A stretch of DNA of 63,605 nt, the filler included, from Licmophora abbreviata (taxonomy: Eukaryota), in NCBI GenBank assembly GCA_900291995.1. It is 13 parts of 13 records of this genome, joined end to end, with 100 filler letters (N's around TTAATTAATTAA, not from the genome) between each part and the next. Parts side by side here need not be neighbours in the genome. Positions count along the whole stretch, not along the records: positions 25,914 to 37,020 come from OLMU01002527.1; positions 37,121 to 41,834 come from OLMU01002529.1; positions 41,935 to 46,112 come from OLMU01002531.1; positions 46,213 to 47,888 come from OLMU01002532.1; 9 more parts are not named here. One strand, given 5' to 3'. A model generated the notes under the pieces. It saw only the letters and a program-made list of their open reading frames with translations, had not been told where the DNA came from and ran no database searches. Within the stretch, counting starts at the first letter, position 1; every line of letters begins with the position of its first letter. The position numbers and the translations under genes were made by a program. This document shows, in pieces, positions 33,464 through 46,216 of the stretch.

Positions 33464-35241
33464 CTAAAGTACGAACCTTCGGTTCGTCTGTTTCGTGCCC
33501 TTGACTCCATTGATGACGTGCGGGGAATTCAAGGAGATCTCTGGTGTTCCCGATACGATACTATCGGCAGCTTCAACCCCAACCATAAAAGAATGATCTT
33601 GGTTTGACACCTCGTATTTGCACGATCCCGCTCTCCCCCTGCTGTATACTCCCGGCTCCAAGCACTTAAATGCTTCTTCCAGAACAGCATCTCGACCGAG
33701 AAAAGGAGTAGGATAACCATGCTCTTCTCTTCGATGGAATACGCTGACAACCTCACTGTCGTCTGTTGCAAGACCGACTCTAACGGCACCAAGCACTGTG
33801 TCCGCGACAACCGTATCATAGTTAACGGGTTTGTGGGCGACTGACGAAGATATCTCGAACATGAGCGAGTGGTAAGGACCATTCTGTTCGTCCCCAGACA
33901 CATTCTGAGAGTTCCAGTCTTGAATCGACCCAGCACGAAACAAGGTGGGGAGTCTTTTGTGATCAGCGGGGCAATTCGCTTTGGCGTAGTGAGAGAATAT
34001 TGTACATCGGTAAAAGTTGCAGTTGTCCTCCGGAAAGTATAGCCAACACTTTGTTTGGTGTGGGTTCGCACCACGAATCCCAAGCCCAACCACATGAGTA
34101 GAACTGTAGCGCAGTCTTTCGGCAAGCTTGTGATGGCCTACCAGGCGCAGCGTTGAGTCGAGTGGCATTGTCGAAATGAGGGAATCGTACTTTATTCCTA
34201 CCCGACGGAGGTGACAATATAAGATGGCGGTTAGACGTAGAGACAGTACGACTGGGCCATTATCAGCCAGCCAAACTTACTGGATCCATCCTGAAATGTC
34301 GCAATCTTCGCCTTTTTCTCTAACTGAGTTAAGCGCTTTCTATATGCCTGCTTTTCTTTCGGTATCGCCTATGTGATCCGATGCGCGGGAAGAAATGTTA
34401 GTACATCACACAAACTCATTCGCATCAGTCGGCTCCTCAAAACTGAGAACAGACGAACCTTCTTGGCGACCGCTTTCCAGATAGAACCAGTACCGCCGTG
34501 TTGTGGAAAGACAAAGAACGCATTTGGGCCCCAGTTCCGACTCTCCTCGTTCTCATCGTCGTTTGTATGTTTTAGACAGTTTCGTAAAGCAGTATCCAAG
34601 TCGACCGTAGCCACTCGTTCGCCCAGCCATGAGTAAGACATCTCCGTCGTTGGGTACGCCCATACCTTGAAATTATAAGGTTCCATAAAGTGTTTATGAA
34701 TTCCCTTACCCATACCAGCCAGGATCCAGTCATCAAAAGTGCGAATCCGGCAGCTGTCGGTAGACTGATCAGGATGTTGTATTCTTTCCCGCTCTTGCTG
34801 CACCTTGCGTTGTGTGTCAACTTCCATCAGGCCCTTCAGACAATCCATCTTGATATCCACATTCCGGAGCACTCCAAAATTCAGTTGAAATGGGTATGGT
34901 ACCCACATACCGTCCATGTACACGTAACTCTCCCGAGTGTGTTTTGCCCAGTGCGTTTCGTCGTCGAAGCTGCCCACGCAGTGCTGTAAGACGTCGTCGA
35001 AATATTGATAGTGCGAAAAGATCACATGTCCCCCCAGGTCAAACCAGAACCCTTCGTCTGTACAAACACTTGACGCCAACCCGCCGGCTTCACTATTCGC
35101 CTCGACGAGTCGGTACGACTCATGTTTCAGCTGCTCCAGGCGTGTAGCTGCACCTAGTCCAGTCGGCCCGGCACCGACAATCAGGATAGAGACACATTCC
35201 GGTTCCGGTACTCGACGATGGTCATTTCTATTGTCACTCAT
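33464..35241 (-). CDS. UGM: UDP-galactopyranose mutase, eukaryotic type (3 exons)
   Basis: Exons 35241-34459, 34368-34281, 34197-33464. 'GAGPTGLGAA', 'DLGGHVIFSHY', 'VPYPFQ', 'WLGERVA', 'WGPNAFF', 'HGYPTP', 'YEVSNQDHSFM' match the fungal/trypanosomatid UGM pattern. Confidence 0.88.
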
Positions 35242-35337
35242 GGATCATATATCCAGGCGGACTGGAAACGAGTGCGGTGTAAAATGGAATGATCTTACGT
35301 GCCGCAAGAGAAAAGGAAGAAAGACGTCATGACCACA

Positions 35338-35357
35338 AACACACACACACACACACA
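35338..35357. repeat. (CA)n microsatellite
   Basis: acacacacac run upstream of UGM. Confidence 0.8.
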
Positions 35358-35461
35358 TTCAAACATGTCTCCAGTCAAGAAAGACGAAATAGCGGTCGTC
35401 AAGAAAACATTTTGTAGGCTCATTATATCATAGAAAACCTCCTTACACGCATAAGCTACGT

Positions 35462-35534
35462 GACTCCGTAGTATAGTGGCCATTACGTCGCCTTTACACG
35501 GCGAATGTCGTGGGTTCAAATCCCACCGGGGTTA
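35462..35534 (+). tRNA. trnV: tRNA-Val (anticodon TAC)
   Basis: Acceptor stem GACTCCG/CGGGGTT, anticodon arm TCGCC-TTTACAC-GGCGA, T arm GTGGG-TTCAAAT-CCCAC, discriminator A, then a TTTTT Pol III terminator. Confidence 0.93.
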
Positions 35535-35822
35535 CTTTTTGTCTCCAAAACAGGTCAGTAGCTATGTATGTACACCATAACGAACTCTCTTGGGCGACCA
35601 CGTCGGACGTACCCATGAGACTTCCCGCCAGTCCCACAATAAGGCAACCCATGTATATATATTACCGCTTACCGGAGTCAAAGTACCTACAGTCTTAGGC
35701 AGCCATTGGCCAAAGGAAGCAAGTTGCACAAAGTAATCGACTCTCGGGCTCCTTCATTAGTTGGCTGCAAGATGATGAAGATAATACGCACACGTACTTT
35801 ACTTTATACGGGTAAATTTTCC

Positions 35823-37020
35823 TCACTCTTCAGTCTGGATTTCCTCGGTCTGGGGCTCACTAGTCTTGAGTTCATCGGTCTTGAGCTCATCAGTCTGGAG
35901 TTGCTCCTGGGCGGAAGAGATCACCTTGTCGAGTCTCGAAGAGTCATAGGTTTCGCTTGGATCCATTACCGAAGTGTCAAAAGTCTCATTTAGTTCCAAC
36001 GGCGTCTTCACTTCTGCAACAGTGAATGTATCGCGTGTTGCACTCGTAAAAAGTGAGCCATCCTCCGATACTGCGCCTTTCACTTCGACCTGCATAGCCG
36101 TAGCTCCAACCTCGCGAGGTTCGGCGCCCATTGGATCCAGATACATGATCTCTTCGCCTGGTACATCATCATCGTCCGGAGGTGCATCGCTACTGCGACG
36201 CTTCTCCCGCGCCCACAGAAATGCACCGACGGCCGCCACAAGAACTACGCCGGCGGCGACCAACCCTCCAATCAGAGCCGCATTTGCGCCACCGCCACAG
36301 TTGCAGTCAGCCGGGTCCTCAATAGGCATGCCTCCGACAGAGACGGACAAGTCGGTTATACTTTGAACTCCTGTAGTATCTGAGACAATCGCATTCTCGA
36401 GGTCGGCATAACCGGTGCCGTCGGCGAAATATGACGACAGTGCACTAGAAAATTCCTCCGTAGTCGGATGAGGTTCCCCCCGGAAGACTGCGGTTGACAG
36501 CACAAAAGAATCCACTTGCTCTCTTAGAACGCGTCGACCCTCCGAGGAGAAGACAGCAACAAAGACATCAGTACTGTCAAACGTGATGAAACTCGCAAAT
36601 TCTTTTTCGATCTCGGCGATCATTAACGATGCGATTTCCTGTTCCACAGCGCTGGTGTTTGTTGCTTCTTCGTCCTGAACCACAAAGGAAATGACAACTT
36701 CGTCGGCCGACACGTCGACTGGAGTGACTGTGGGGGAAATCGAAGGTACCAACGACGGCGACACTGATGGAACACTAGAAGGAATGACGGATGGAAGAAG
36801 ACTGGGTACTTCTGATGGAATAATACTGGGCTCTTCTGATGGAATAATACTGGGCTCTTCGGATGGCATAAGAGAAGGAAATACAGAAGGAGACCCTGTT
36901 GGTGCTGAAGTGGGATCAGAAGTGGGATCAGATGTGGGATCAGGGGTGGGGGCAAGAGTGGGGCCAGGAGTGGGATCAGGGGTGGGGGCAAGAGTGGGGC
37001 CAGGAGTGGGATCAGGGGTG
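35823..37020 (-). CDS. Mucin-like Pro/Thr/Ser-repeat type I membrane protein, 5' end lost in gap
   Basis: TPDPTPGPTLAP and PSEEPSII repeats, an extracellular domain, TM 'ALIGGLVAAGVVLVAAVGAFLWA' + REKRR, acidic cytoplasmic tail. Confidence 0.75.
36811..37020. repeat. Coding tandem repeats (24-bp, 12-bp and 36-bp units)
   Basis: tctgatggaataatactgggctct-like unit x2; gtgggatcaga units; ggggtgggggcaagagtggggccaggagtgggatca x2, running into the gap. Confidence 0.8.
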
Positions 37021-37120
37021 NNNNNNNNNNNNNNNNNNNNNNNNNNNNNNNNNNNNNNNNNNNNTTAATTAATTAANNNNNNNNNNNNNNNNNNNNNNNN
37101 NNNNNNNNNNNNNNNNNNNN
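37021..37120. other. Artificial contig linker
   Basis: N44-TTAATTAATTAA-N44. Confidence 0.97.
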
Positions 37121-37572
37121 ATGCAGATGGCACCAGGACAGTTGCTTCTCGCCTCTTGCCATGTGCTGGACGAAGTACCCTTATTTATGGAACGGTGCCT
37201 GAGGCCGAGTCGAGCGAGAGCTGCGATTCTGCCAAAGCTTAGTGTGTGAAATTGTCCATCTGAATCACTCAAGTGTTGGTCGTTGGATCAGGACAGTCTC
37301 GGGTTGAGGACTGACGAACCGGCCGGCCACAGTCAAAGAGCCCTAAACCCCAAACCCATTAGCATTTAGAAAAGCCATCCTTTCATCGAGCATGCAATCG
37401 TTTTTGATATCCAAGGGATTATCCAGCTTTCAAACGAATAAGTTGATGGAATCCGACTGAGCTTTCGGGCCGGCCGATTGAATCGAAGCTTAAAGAGTGA
37501 GACCCCATAAGAAGACTTTTTGCTCGGTGGCTGGCGGCATGGTGGCTGGCGAGAGAGCACAAACATATCGTC

Positions 37573-38628
37573 TCAGTCCATTCCTGAATCGTTTCCTTCA
37601 ACTTCCCAGCACGCCAACATGGTCTTTCGTCCTTCATCCCACCCTTTTTGTTCATACTTGCTAATTGCTGGAAGCCATGTCATTCGGTCGGGACAGGGTG
37701 ACACTCGCCGAAATAAGTCTTTGCGGCGGTCAAAGATAGTATTGCACCACTCAAAGTGCCCCTCGTGATCTGTGGCCAGAAAGAATCGACCGCGTGATTT
37801 ATCTAGGACGCGGTGTAGCTCGCGCAGCATCGCAACCTGCACCAGGCGGTAGTCGGCGTCAGCCGATTTGGGAAAAGGGTCCGGAAAGGTCAAGAGAATG
37901 CACGTTAGCGACGACGTAGGTATATGCTGCAGTAGCTTGGTCCCGTCGCGCCGATGAAATCGAACATTGGAGTAGAGCGGATGTGACGCCTCTGACACGA
38001 CGACGCTACTTGTGGACAGCATCGCGTGTTTGTGCCCGATATCCGCCGCAGTATCGTCACCAGTCGTGTCAGCTGTTCCGTCTTTGACTGTTCTGACATG
38101 CGGATCCTTGCTCGGATGATACAAGGAGTATCCTGTCCAGTATCGGTGCTCGTTCAGTGCACTTTTCATTCTTACCAATGCTGCACCGATGGAAGCGGAA
38201 TGGATATCAGCGCCAACAAAGGCCACATTTTTCTTCGTTCGATGACCATCGTGTTGTTGTCTGTGTGCATTCGCCATCACCGTGTCACCTTGGCCACATC
38301 CCAGTTCGAGCCAAATGTCGGTATAAATTGGAAGAAAGACACTCGTCCAATCTATCATCGATCCATACTCCAAACCCTGTTGAAGTTGATAGTCCTGCAT
38401 AGTCTCCAGTGCACGGCGCTGCGCCTTTGTACCGCGACGTCCAGCGACTTGATACCACCACTTGGGCTTGCGATGCTGGGGAAGTGAGTACTGCAATGGC
38501 GGTCGTCGTTCCTTCATCTCCTCTGACTCAATCATCGGGAGGTTTACAGACTCTCCCGGCATGAACTCGTCGCCGCCGTCATCGTCAAGATGGCCGTCGG
38601 CGTCGCCGCCGCCCATCATCCTCGTCAT
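37573..38628 (-). CDS. trmB: tRNA (guanine-N7)-methyltransferase, TrmB-like
   Basis: 'IWLELGCGQG', 'NVRF', 'FPDPFPK', 'FLATD', 'SKYEQKG' motifs. Confidence 0.8.
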   Translation of the reverse strand: MTRMMGGGDADGHLDDDGGDEFMPGESVNLPMIESEEMKERRPPLQYSLPQHRKPKWWYQVAGRRGTKAQRRALETMQDYQLQQGLEYGSMIDWTSVFLPIYTDIWLELGCGQGDTVMANAHRQQHDGHRTKKNVAFVGADIHSASIGAALVRMKSALNEHRYWTGYSLYHPSKDPHVRTVKDGTADTTGDDTAADIGHKHAMLSTSSVVVSEASHPLYSNVRFHRRDGTKLLQHIPTSSLTCILLTFPDPFPKSADADYRLVQVAMLRELHRVLDKSRGRFFLATDHEGHFEWCNTIFDRRKDLFRRVSPCPDRMTWLPAISKYEQKGWDEGRKTMLACWEVEGNDSGMD

Positions 38629-38855
38629 GGTCGGACTTTGCGTACTGTGATGATGGCAGCAGAGATGAAAATAAAAATGGTCGAAACTTGAGCAATTCTA
38701 AATTTTCTGGAGAAATCAGTCAAAAGTGAGTAGAAATTCCAGCCCGAAGATGATGTGAGATAGGCGATGATGACAAAAATGGCGGGGACGCGCGCCGCCG
38801 CTACGATCCTCACTTTTTTGTTTCAGCCGAGGGGCGCCGCGTCGTCGTCGTCGTC

Positions 38856-39916
38856 ATGGAAGTGTTCGATGCAGACGAAGAGCACTTGTCGGCGATCCTG
38901 CCGCAAGAGAAAGAAGACGAATTATCGATCGAAAAGCCGTCCTGGGAACCTCCGACAGCCGCGGCTCGCACAATGGCGGCATCAACAGCTCCTCATCGTC
39001 CTCACAAGGTCAATAATACCAAGCGTGCGACGACATCGTCTGAACCTAATGTTGATGATGCTAGTAAGAGTCCAGGACTAGTATCGATGGATGCAAGAGA
39101 CATAGACTCGTCAGTACAGCGTTACCAGCTGCTCCCCGCCTATGCTCGGCGCAATTTTGTTTCCGTGGAGGACACCAAGAATAACACAAACGATGAAAGT
39201 TCCCATCTTGATTATGCTCCCTTCGCCGAGACACACTCATTACCGGTGGACAATAACGACGATCTCGAGTCTGAATTGCCTCCGGATATGGTGACGGTGA
39301 GTTTCATCAGTAGCACGGCAGCTGTTTACGAGAATGAATCCAGTGCTAATCTTTCGGCGTTGTGTTGGTTCCTCGATTGCAGCCCCCGACCCGTCGAATG
39401 CGTGACGTTGTACGTCTGACGGCGACAAAAAGTGCCGGCGCTCCGCAGTTCGAAGTCTTACTCAAGGTCAAGCAGGGCGACAATCCAGACTTTGCCTTTT
39501 TGCAGTCACACCACACGCACCACACCTATTACGAATGGCTCAAGAAAAGAAGAAGAAAACGAGATGATCCAAGTCCAGATGCGGCGGATGACGTATCAGA
39601 ACAAGTCAATCATTCCAATTGTGGTGTGGTCAGTGATCTCTTGGGCATGTATTCCTCCTCCAGCGACGAAGAGGAAGGCGACGAGGGACATGACAGCGAC
39701 AAAGCAGTGGACGTGGTTCAAAAATCAATAGAGGGGGAGCCGGCATCAATGGATCTGATGAATCCTTCGATCGAGGAGGCCAAAGGGACAAAAGCATCGC
39801 AGTCCCCAGTCGCCTCGTTGCTGGCCACTGGAGTCGATGACGAAACCAAGGCGAAACGCCTAAAGCGTGCAAAGTTGATGAGCGGTCACTTCCGACTACA
39901 ACTACTCGACTCATGA
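38856..39916 (+). CDS. SURP/SWAP-domain splicing factor, SFSWAP-like (2 exons)
   Basis: Intron 39297-39382 (GTGAGT...GCTAAT...TGCAG) joins 'LPPDMVT-PPTRRMRDVVRLTA...PQFEVLLKVKQGDNPDFAFL..H..H.YY', a SURP domain. Confidence 0.75.
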
Positions 39917-40081
39917 TTGTTAGGATAGTAGACTAATAAATAGAAAATCGTTCTCTGATACTACTAAAAGCAAAACAACAGTGTTACTACTGACCCTCCA
40001 TCTTTGTCGCGTCGCCTGTTTGCCGACAACAGTCTTTCGACGGGCATACTATCGACGAGACTACGACAAAGAATCTCTGAC

Positions 40082-41161
40082 TTAGACAGTCTCCTTGAGG
40101 TGAACAGGAGGCAAGTCGACAGCCTCGACAGTTTCGGCAGCCATTTTGGCATCACCCTGCTTTCGTGACAATAGCAGTTGAGCGATCTCGCACATTGGAA
40201 GCTTGGTCACGAGCTCACCAGCATCCTCGTCTTCATCTTGCCACTCGTCGATCATGGCGTTCCATCTCTCCTCGGGCTTTTCAAGGTCCTTGCCAACGAT
40301 CAGAGACCAGTCGATCTCGCGCTTGGCGTTGGAGTCGGCGACACCAGTGAGGATGCGCATGTCCAGGTCTTCAGGAGTCGATGCGAGCTCGTCCATTTGT
40401 GTGGCCGCCGCAGACTTGAGATTCTCTGGAACCTTGAGAATAGTCTTGATGGCGTCGGAAGGAGAGATGAGGCCCGTCATCTTCTGCCACTTCTTGAAGC
40501 AGCTCAGACGGGATCGCTTGGCCATACGTTTGCTAATGGTAGACCACGGAATGATGACACCCTCGTTCTCGACCATCTGCCCAAGCTCTTTGATGTCGGC
40601 GTTGGGGTCGGCACGGAGGTGCTCACGTATGAGGCGTTTCAACAGCTCCGTCTCGTTCTCCTTCCAACGACCCTTGATGAAGTCGCTGTTCATCTCGCGA
40701 TACTTGTCACGACAGCTGTCCGCACTCCGCTGAAGCTTGCCTTGGATGGAGCTCCACTTCTTTCCCATCCGCGCGACGAGTTCCTGGAGCTGTTGGCACT
40801 CCGCATCGGTCCACGGCCCACGTTTGAAAGGATGAAGCTGACGAAGGCCATGCCGGTAGACACTCTGGACAGTGCGATGCGGGAGCTGCTTGGCAATCTC
40901 CATCCATGCTCCCTTGAGTTCCGCCTTGTGATCGCACTCACTGCACAGTCGGGAGGTGGCAATCTGTTTCATGGCGCAGTAGTCTTCGACCGCCTTCTTG
41001 ACGAGTTCGGATTCTTCCTTGCTGAATTTGCCTCCCTGCGTCGGGATCGGCTCGCCAAAGCCATTCTTCGACCACTTGTTGTCGCCCTGCGGTTGACTGT
41101 TCACGAAGTTCGTCACGGCCTGCACGGCGGCGGCCGTCTCTTGCGCTGGATCGGCAGACAT
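40082..41161 (-). CDS. Myb-repeat DNA-binding protein, Reb1/TTF1/DMTF1-like
   Basis: 'GKFSKEE', 'WMEIAKQLPHRTVQSVY', 'GPWTDAE..GKKWSSI..RSADSCRDKY', 'GRWKENE..IPWSTISKRMAKRSRLSCFKKW'; start ATG 41161. Confidence 0.85.
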   Translation of the reverse strand: MSADPAQETAAAVQAVTNFVNSQPQGDNKWSKNGFGEPIPTQGGKFSKEESELVKKAVEDYCAMKQIATSRLCSECDHKAELKGAWMEIAKQLPHRTVQSVYRHGLRQLHPFKRGPWTDAECQQLQELVARMGKKWSSIQGKLQRSADSCRDKYREMNSDFIKGRWKENETELLKRLIREHLRADPNADIKELGQMVENEGVIIPWSTISKRMAKRSRLSCFKKWQKMTGLISPSDAIKTILKVPENLKSAAATQMDELASTPEDLDMRILTGVADSNAKREIDWSLIVGKDLEKPEERWNAMIDEWQDEDEDAGELVTKLPMCEIAQLLLSRKQGDAKMAAETVEAVDLPPVHLKETV

Positions 41162-41834
41162 GGCGGTGATTGCAAACGCGAAAGTCGATACAAAACGGAA
41201 GACCCGGAAGGAGTTGTCTTGGTCAACGCGACGCAGGCGGTGACTTCGGGTTTCTTTGTGCTTCGGTCGCGTTGTGTTTGCTTGTGGTTGGACGACATGA
41301 ATTCCTATCACGTAGAATTGTACGGACTTCTACGATGGCTCGGTTTCCCAACTTTCACACGAACGATGACAGATGCGACTCCTGATTCCTACGTGACATG
41401 TAATAAACTACAGATAGGAACAAAGTTACATGAATCTGTCTAGAGAGCACGATGTGCTTATTGGTTGATGACGTGCAATGATCGCCAAAACGAGCGCGGT
41501 GGTTTCGCAAACTTGATCGCTGAACATGACTGCCCACACGACACAACTCACACTCTTGGCGAATGCAACCCTTGGTGACGAAAGTTCTCTTTGACAACAC
41601 TTCTCTATCATCATGAGCGATCGTTCGATGCGTAAGTAGTGTGGCCAGTGATCGATAGGAGAAGCGAGAGAGCGATAAAGGATGAGACGAGCGAGAACGA
41701 CGAGTTTCATATTTTGTTCACTCGAAAACTTTTGGCTGTCGTCACGTGGCGCGATATCGATGTGTGCTCGTGCTCACGCTGCATGCTCATCAATTCCCTT
41801 GCTCTTCGCTGCTCGTTTTCGTAGAACGCGCCCA

Positions 41835-41934
41835 NNNNNNNNNNNNNNNNNNNNNNNNNNNNNNNNNNNNNNNNNNNNTTAATTAATTAANNNNNNNNNN
41901 NNNNNNNNNNNNNNNNNNNNNNNNNNNNNNNNNN
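41835..41934. other. Artificial contig linker
   Basis: N44-TTAATTAATTAA-N44. Confidence 0.97.
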
Positions 41935-42646
41935 CTTGACTATTGCGGCTATCCATCTCAAATCCGAATCTCCGGTACGTAATAACAGTTCCCTTGCCTG
42001 CCTTTGCTCATCCTGCGACCAAACGTTCATCGATATGTCCTAATTCTTGTCTGTCTATTCTGTGCAGGGATTGATCCAACGCTTTTGCTTGTACGCTTTG
42101 CAAGGTGTGGCTGCTGGCTCACCTAGACAGGTCGACGCACTCGCCAAACTGCGACCTCTCGTTCAAGCTATCTTCGATCGAGCCATCGATTCAATCTGGA
42201 AGATCCGCATCCCAGCAGCTGAAACTGCCTGTCGTCTATTCCAGAATAGCAGTGACCCTGTTGTATTGTCTAAAATCCATGGATTCGAAGTTCTCGACAA
42301 AATACTTACCGAGATTGAACCCCGCGAGCGCAGCCTGCGCAAAGTGGCGCTCGATGCCCTTCGCCGTACTCTCCAGGCCTATCGCGACGTTAACAATGAA
42401 GCGCCGTACAAGCGTGATCCAGCCATTGGACGAATTGAGTCACATCTTCAAACTCAAGCGACCACCTGCGAGTCTAGCGCTGGTATTTGGGAAGCTTTTT
42501 TCCGGGACGCTGGCGAGGAAGAGAACATGGCTCCGGAGAAGGACATGGTAGCTATCGCTCTTCCGGAGAAAGTGTTGTTTCCAACTAATGTTCGCGGCGA
42601 CATCAACGCCCCCCTGGGCACGTGGGGTGGCTCTTTTCACAACTAA
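41935..42646 (+). CDS. 3' part of a helical-repeat (HEAT-like) protein
   Basis: Candidate intron 41975-42067 followed by an ORF with 'DSIWKIRIPAAE' and 'RSLRKVALDAL' HEAT-like motifs; 5' end lost in gap. Confidence 0.55.
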
Positions 42647-42775
42647 TATAGAGTAATAGCGTCGAGACGAGACGGCGGGATCAGCAGAGTCTCGATTTCA
42701 CGCTTTTGATTACTCATTACCTATCATGTTCATTACGGTCACTATTAAACCCAATTTGGAGTTTACATTTCTAGC

Positions 42776-45743
42776 TTACTCCCTTCTTGTATTATGAGAT
42801 GGAGGAGAGATAGCCTCAGCCCCTCTCGTCGCTGCTGCCGAGACTCCCTTTGCAGCAGCTCTCACTATTTGGTCCTGCGGGCGACCTTCGCTCTCAAGAT
42901 CCCGAAGTGTCATGTCGATATTGGAGCTGGCTTTGTGGAGAAGTGTTGATGCGAACTAAAAAAATCATGAACAGGAGCGTGTGAGGAAATATGTCAACTC
43001 GCAGGGCAAAAAGCGGAGAGTCCAGCTTGAACAATAGATATCATACATACCTTTCCCCCCAATTGTCCCGCAAGCGGGGCGTACTTCGGAAGATTTTCAC
43101 GCAGCTCCTTGGCTATCAACGCAGTCCTCTCCGGTTCTATCCGACCATTCTCTGACAGGAAAGATCCCCCATCGCTGACACCAGCACGAGACTCTGATGG
43201 AGCGCGTGGGAGCGTCGGCGAGGCAACGATCGAGGAGAGCTTGTCAAAAAGTTTCTGAGCTTTCTCTTCGTCCGTCGTTTTTTTCAAAAACGGAGCCACG
43301 CTATCTTCGGTAGGAAGAGGAGGGAGTATTGACCCAATGCCCAATGGAAGAGACTCCCTAAACTGCCTAGGCCCTTCAACCAATGCATTTTGAAGCGCAT
43401 CCTTAACGGTCGCGGACGTAGCAAGCGCACTTTCCTCGACGAGCAGATTCTGCAGAAGATTCCCCTGCGGGGCTAGCAATATATCAGCCGAATCCTTCGC
43501 GAGCGTAATGGCAGCTTCGGCTTCGGAAGCCTTTGTCTGGCTGACGACGGCCTCGTTTCCCCTTGCCGATTGGTGAGGTTGGTCCATGTCAACTACCATT
43601 CTGTTCGTTTCATGCTGGACATTGGTTGCTTTTGTAGTGGTGGTATACTGCGAGAACCCTTCAGCTAGATCGGACAGTCTGTCAACATCAATCGCATCCC
43701 CCGCCCCGTACAAAAGGTCACGAAGCGCTCTCTGAGATCGGGGCGAGTCGTCGCCCAGCAGGCGCTTCGCGACATATGGGAAGCAGCTCTTGATAATGCT
43801 GTAGTTTTCGTCGGCTTGCAGGCTTACACCCTCTAGTGTCAAAAACGCCCGTGATGTGTATAGAAACCAGTCAGGAATACTAAAAGCATCACGATTTCTC
43901 TTTTGGAGCTCCTCCACTTGAACTGTCACTCCGGTGACAGCGCTCTCACGTTTCCGAGCATCTTCGATCTGCTGTTTCATGTCAGAGCGCATCTGCCCGC
44001 GTAGTTCATCGTCCGTCATTCCAGGATATCGCTCACGGAACTCAGAAAAGATCCGGTCGCGTACCTTTTCTGCTCCTCCACCCTCATTGGCTTGCTTGAG
44101 GAAGTATGTGAGAGGCTCTAAGAACCCCGAGGAACGAACCGATTCGAGCTTCTCTTCTTTCAAAAATCCCAGTTGGACGAGATCTTCGGGAATCTTGTCG
44201 TAGTCCTGACTGGTGAGATGTGCTACAAACTCAAGAAGTGAATACTGCAGCGAGGGGTCGGTTTCCAGTGTCATTCCAAAGTCCAGAATGCACAACCGTC
44301 CATCCTCAGTCCGAAGAAGATTACCTTTGTCGACGTGGAAGATGTGTCAGTGAACAATGACAAAATAGAACGATACCGGCGCAAACAATACTCACCTGGA
44401 TGAGGGTCACAATGAAGGCTCTGCAACTCCAGTAGCATGACGAGATAGGCATTGAGCGCCACAGAGCAGAGCCGGGGCACATCGTCAGCCTCGCTCCGAT
44501 CAATTCGAGCCCCTCGGACCCATTCTGTTGTCAGCACAGTCTCAGTGCAGTATCGTTCCACAACAATCGGTGCTGTTACTGCATCAAGCTTGCGTTTTCT
44601 CATTTCCTCGTTGAATCGAATCGTATTTTTTGCTTCGTTCAGATAATCCAATTCGCCAATGAATACACGGCCCCACTCATTCGCCAGCGCCTGCAGGTCG
44701 GTGGAGGACCGCGTAATCTTTGCCCAAATCGGCGCAAACTCTCGCACAAGATGCAAGTCAAGCGCAATCTCTGCCAACACATTTGGCCTTTGAATCTTGA
44801 TGGCAACTTCGGTATATCCCATGTACCCACGATACACTTGCCCAATAGACGCGGACGCCACCGGGCCTTTTTCCATATTCAAATCTTTGAACTTCGATAC
44901 AGTCGTTACTCCCAACTCTTCCCGTAACAAAGAACGCGCTCGGTCACTTGAAAAGGGCGGCACACGATCTTGCAAAGTCGCAAACGCCTCTGCATACTCA
45001 ATTGGAATGAGATCCTGTCGTACCGAAAGCGCCTGTGCCACCTTGATGGCCGTCGGCCCTGCCTTGTTGACCAGTTCTAGAAGTTGCTTGGCACGTTTCG
45101 GTCGCTGACGCTCTTCATCTCGGAAAATATACTTGTCTACCAGCGAATTGAACAGAAAGCGATTGCTAATGCGAAACAACTGGAGAGCCCGCTGCACGAC
45201 AATCTTGGGGTGCTTGCCATAGTACACGCGAGCTTGCAGAGGATCGTATTTCCCACGTACGTAAGGTTCATATCCAGCGCGAAAGTCATCGGGTGGATGG
45301 CTCAATGAATACAACGTTCCTAAGAGAAGCGAAAAGGACGGCACCAAGACGAGCGAAAGCTGCCCCCAATTGGGCAGGGTCAAGTACACTGCCCAAAGTG
45401 TCTTCAAGGCAAACACGAACTGGTCGAATTCGCCCGAAAGTAGTTTTCCCCATTCAACGTTTCTCAAGTCGGCTTCTATAATAGAAAGATCCCTCCCAAT
45501 CGCAGAAACCAATCCTTTTGGGTCTACCACGTCGACAAGATCCGACCATGAGTCATCAAGTGATATTTGAAGGCGTGACGATGGTATAGAATGCTGTTCA
45601 GGAGCCGACTGGGTTTGTCTGGAGAGTCGAGAAGAGTAATTTGGACTCGAAATAAAACCATTAGAACTATTGGTGCCCAGAAGGAACGCAAACAACGCCG
45701 ATACTAGTCCAGAACGGCCCATTCTCCGCCTCCTGGTCGCCAT
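42776..45743 (-). CDS. ABC1/UbiB atypical kinase (ABC1K), plastid-targeted (3 exons)
   Basis: Exons 45743-44396, 44324-43051, 42955-42776. GPTAIKVAQ, LQDRVPPF, ASASIGQVY, AIKIQRP, ELDY..EA, HCDPHPGN, LDFGM motifs; signal peptide ending SNG-F. Confidence 0.88.
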
Positions 45744-46112
45744 GGTCGATATTCTCTGGTGAGGAAATGAAAGAGACAAAACGCGCGCCGCGTGGTTGAT
45801 GACGTGGCTGGAAAGCACAGACCTGCGTAACTGAAACGACCAAAAAGGAAGGGAATCTGCATCACTCTCACTCGCTATCGATCAGACAGACGCACTCACG
45901 AAGATACGCGAGTACGTCACACGCGGAGCTGCGCGCCTGACTTTTGAGAAACCGCGTCACACGTCTTGGACTCACTCTGTGCTGACTGCGATGCCCCTGA
46001 TCGTCGTCACTACAAGCTGTGCTGTCACTTTCAACTTGCCATACAGTGGTCTTCTGACACAGAAAAGCGGCTTGAGCGACTCACATTGATCAACCAAGAT
46101 GGCCAGAATGTT

Positions 46113-46212
46113 NNNNNNNNNNNNNNNNNNNNNNNNNNNNNNNNNNNNNNNNNNNNTTAATTAATTAANNNNNNNNNNNNNNNNNNNNNNNNNNNNNNNN
46201 NNNNNNNNNNNN
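46113..46212. other. Artificial contig linker
   Basis: N44-TTAATTAATTAA-N44. Confidence 0.97.
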
Positions 46213-46216
46213 CAAG

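Noticed and set aside
36811..37020. Tandem repeats as a possible CRISPR-like array
   Set aside because: No unique spacers; unit lengths are multiples of 3 and encode Pro/Thr/Ser repeats in a eukaryotic membrane protein.
40178..41443. 421-aa plus-strand ORF
   Set aside because: Antisense shadow of the Myb gene; codon bias on the coding strand explains the lack of stops, and it has no motifs.
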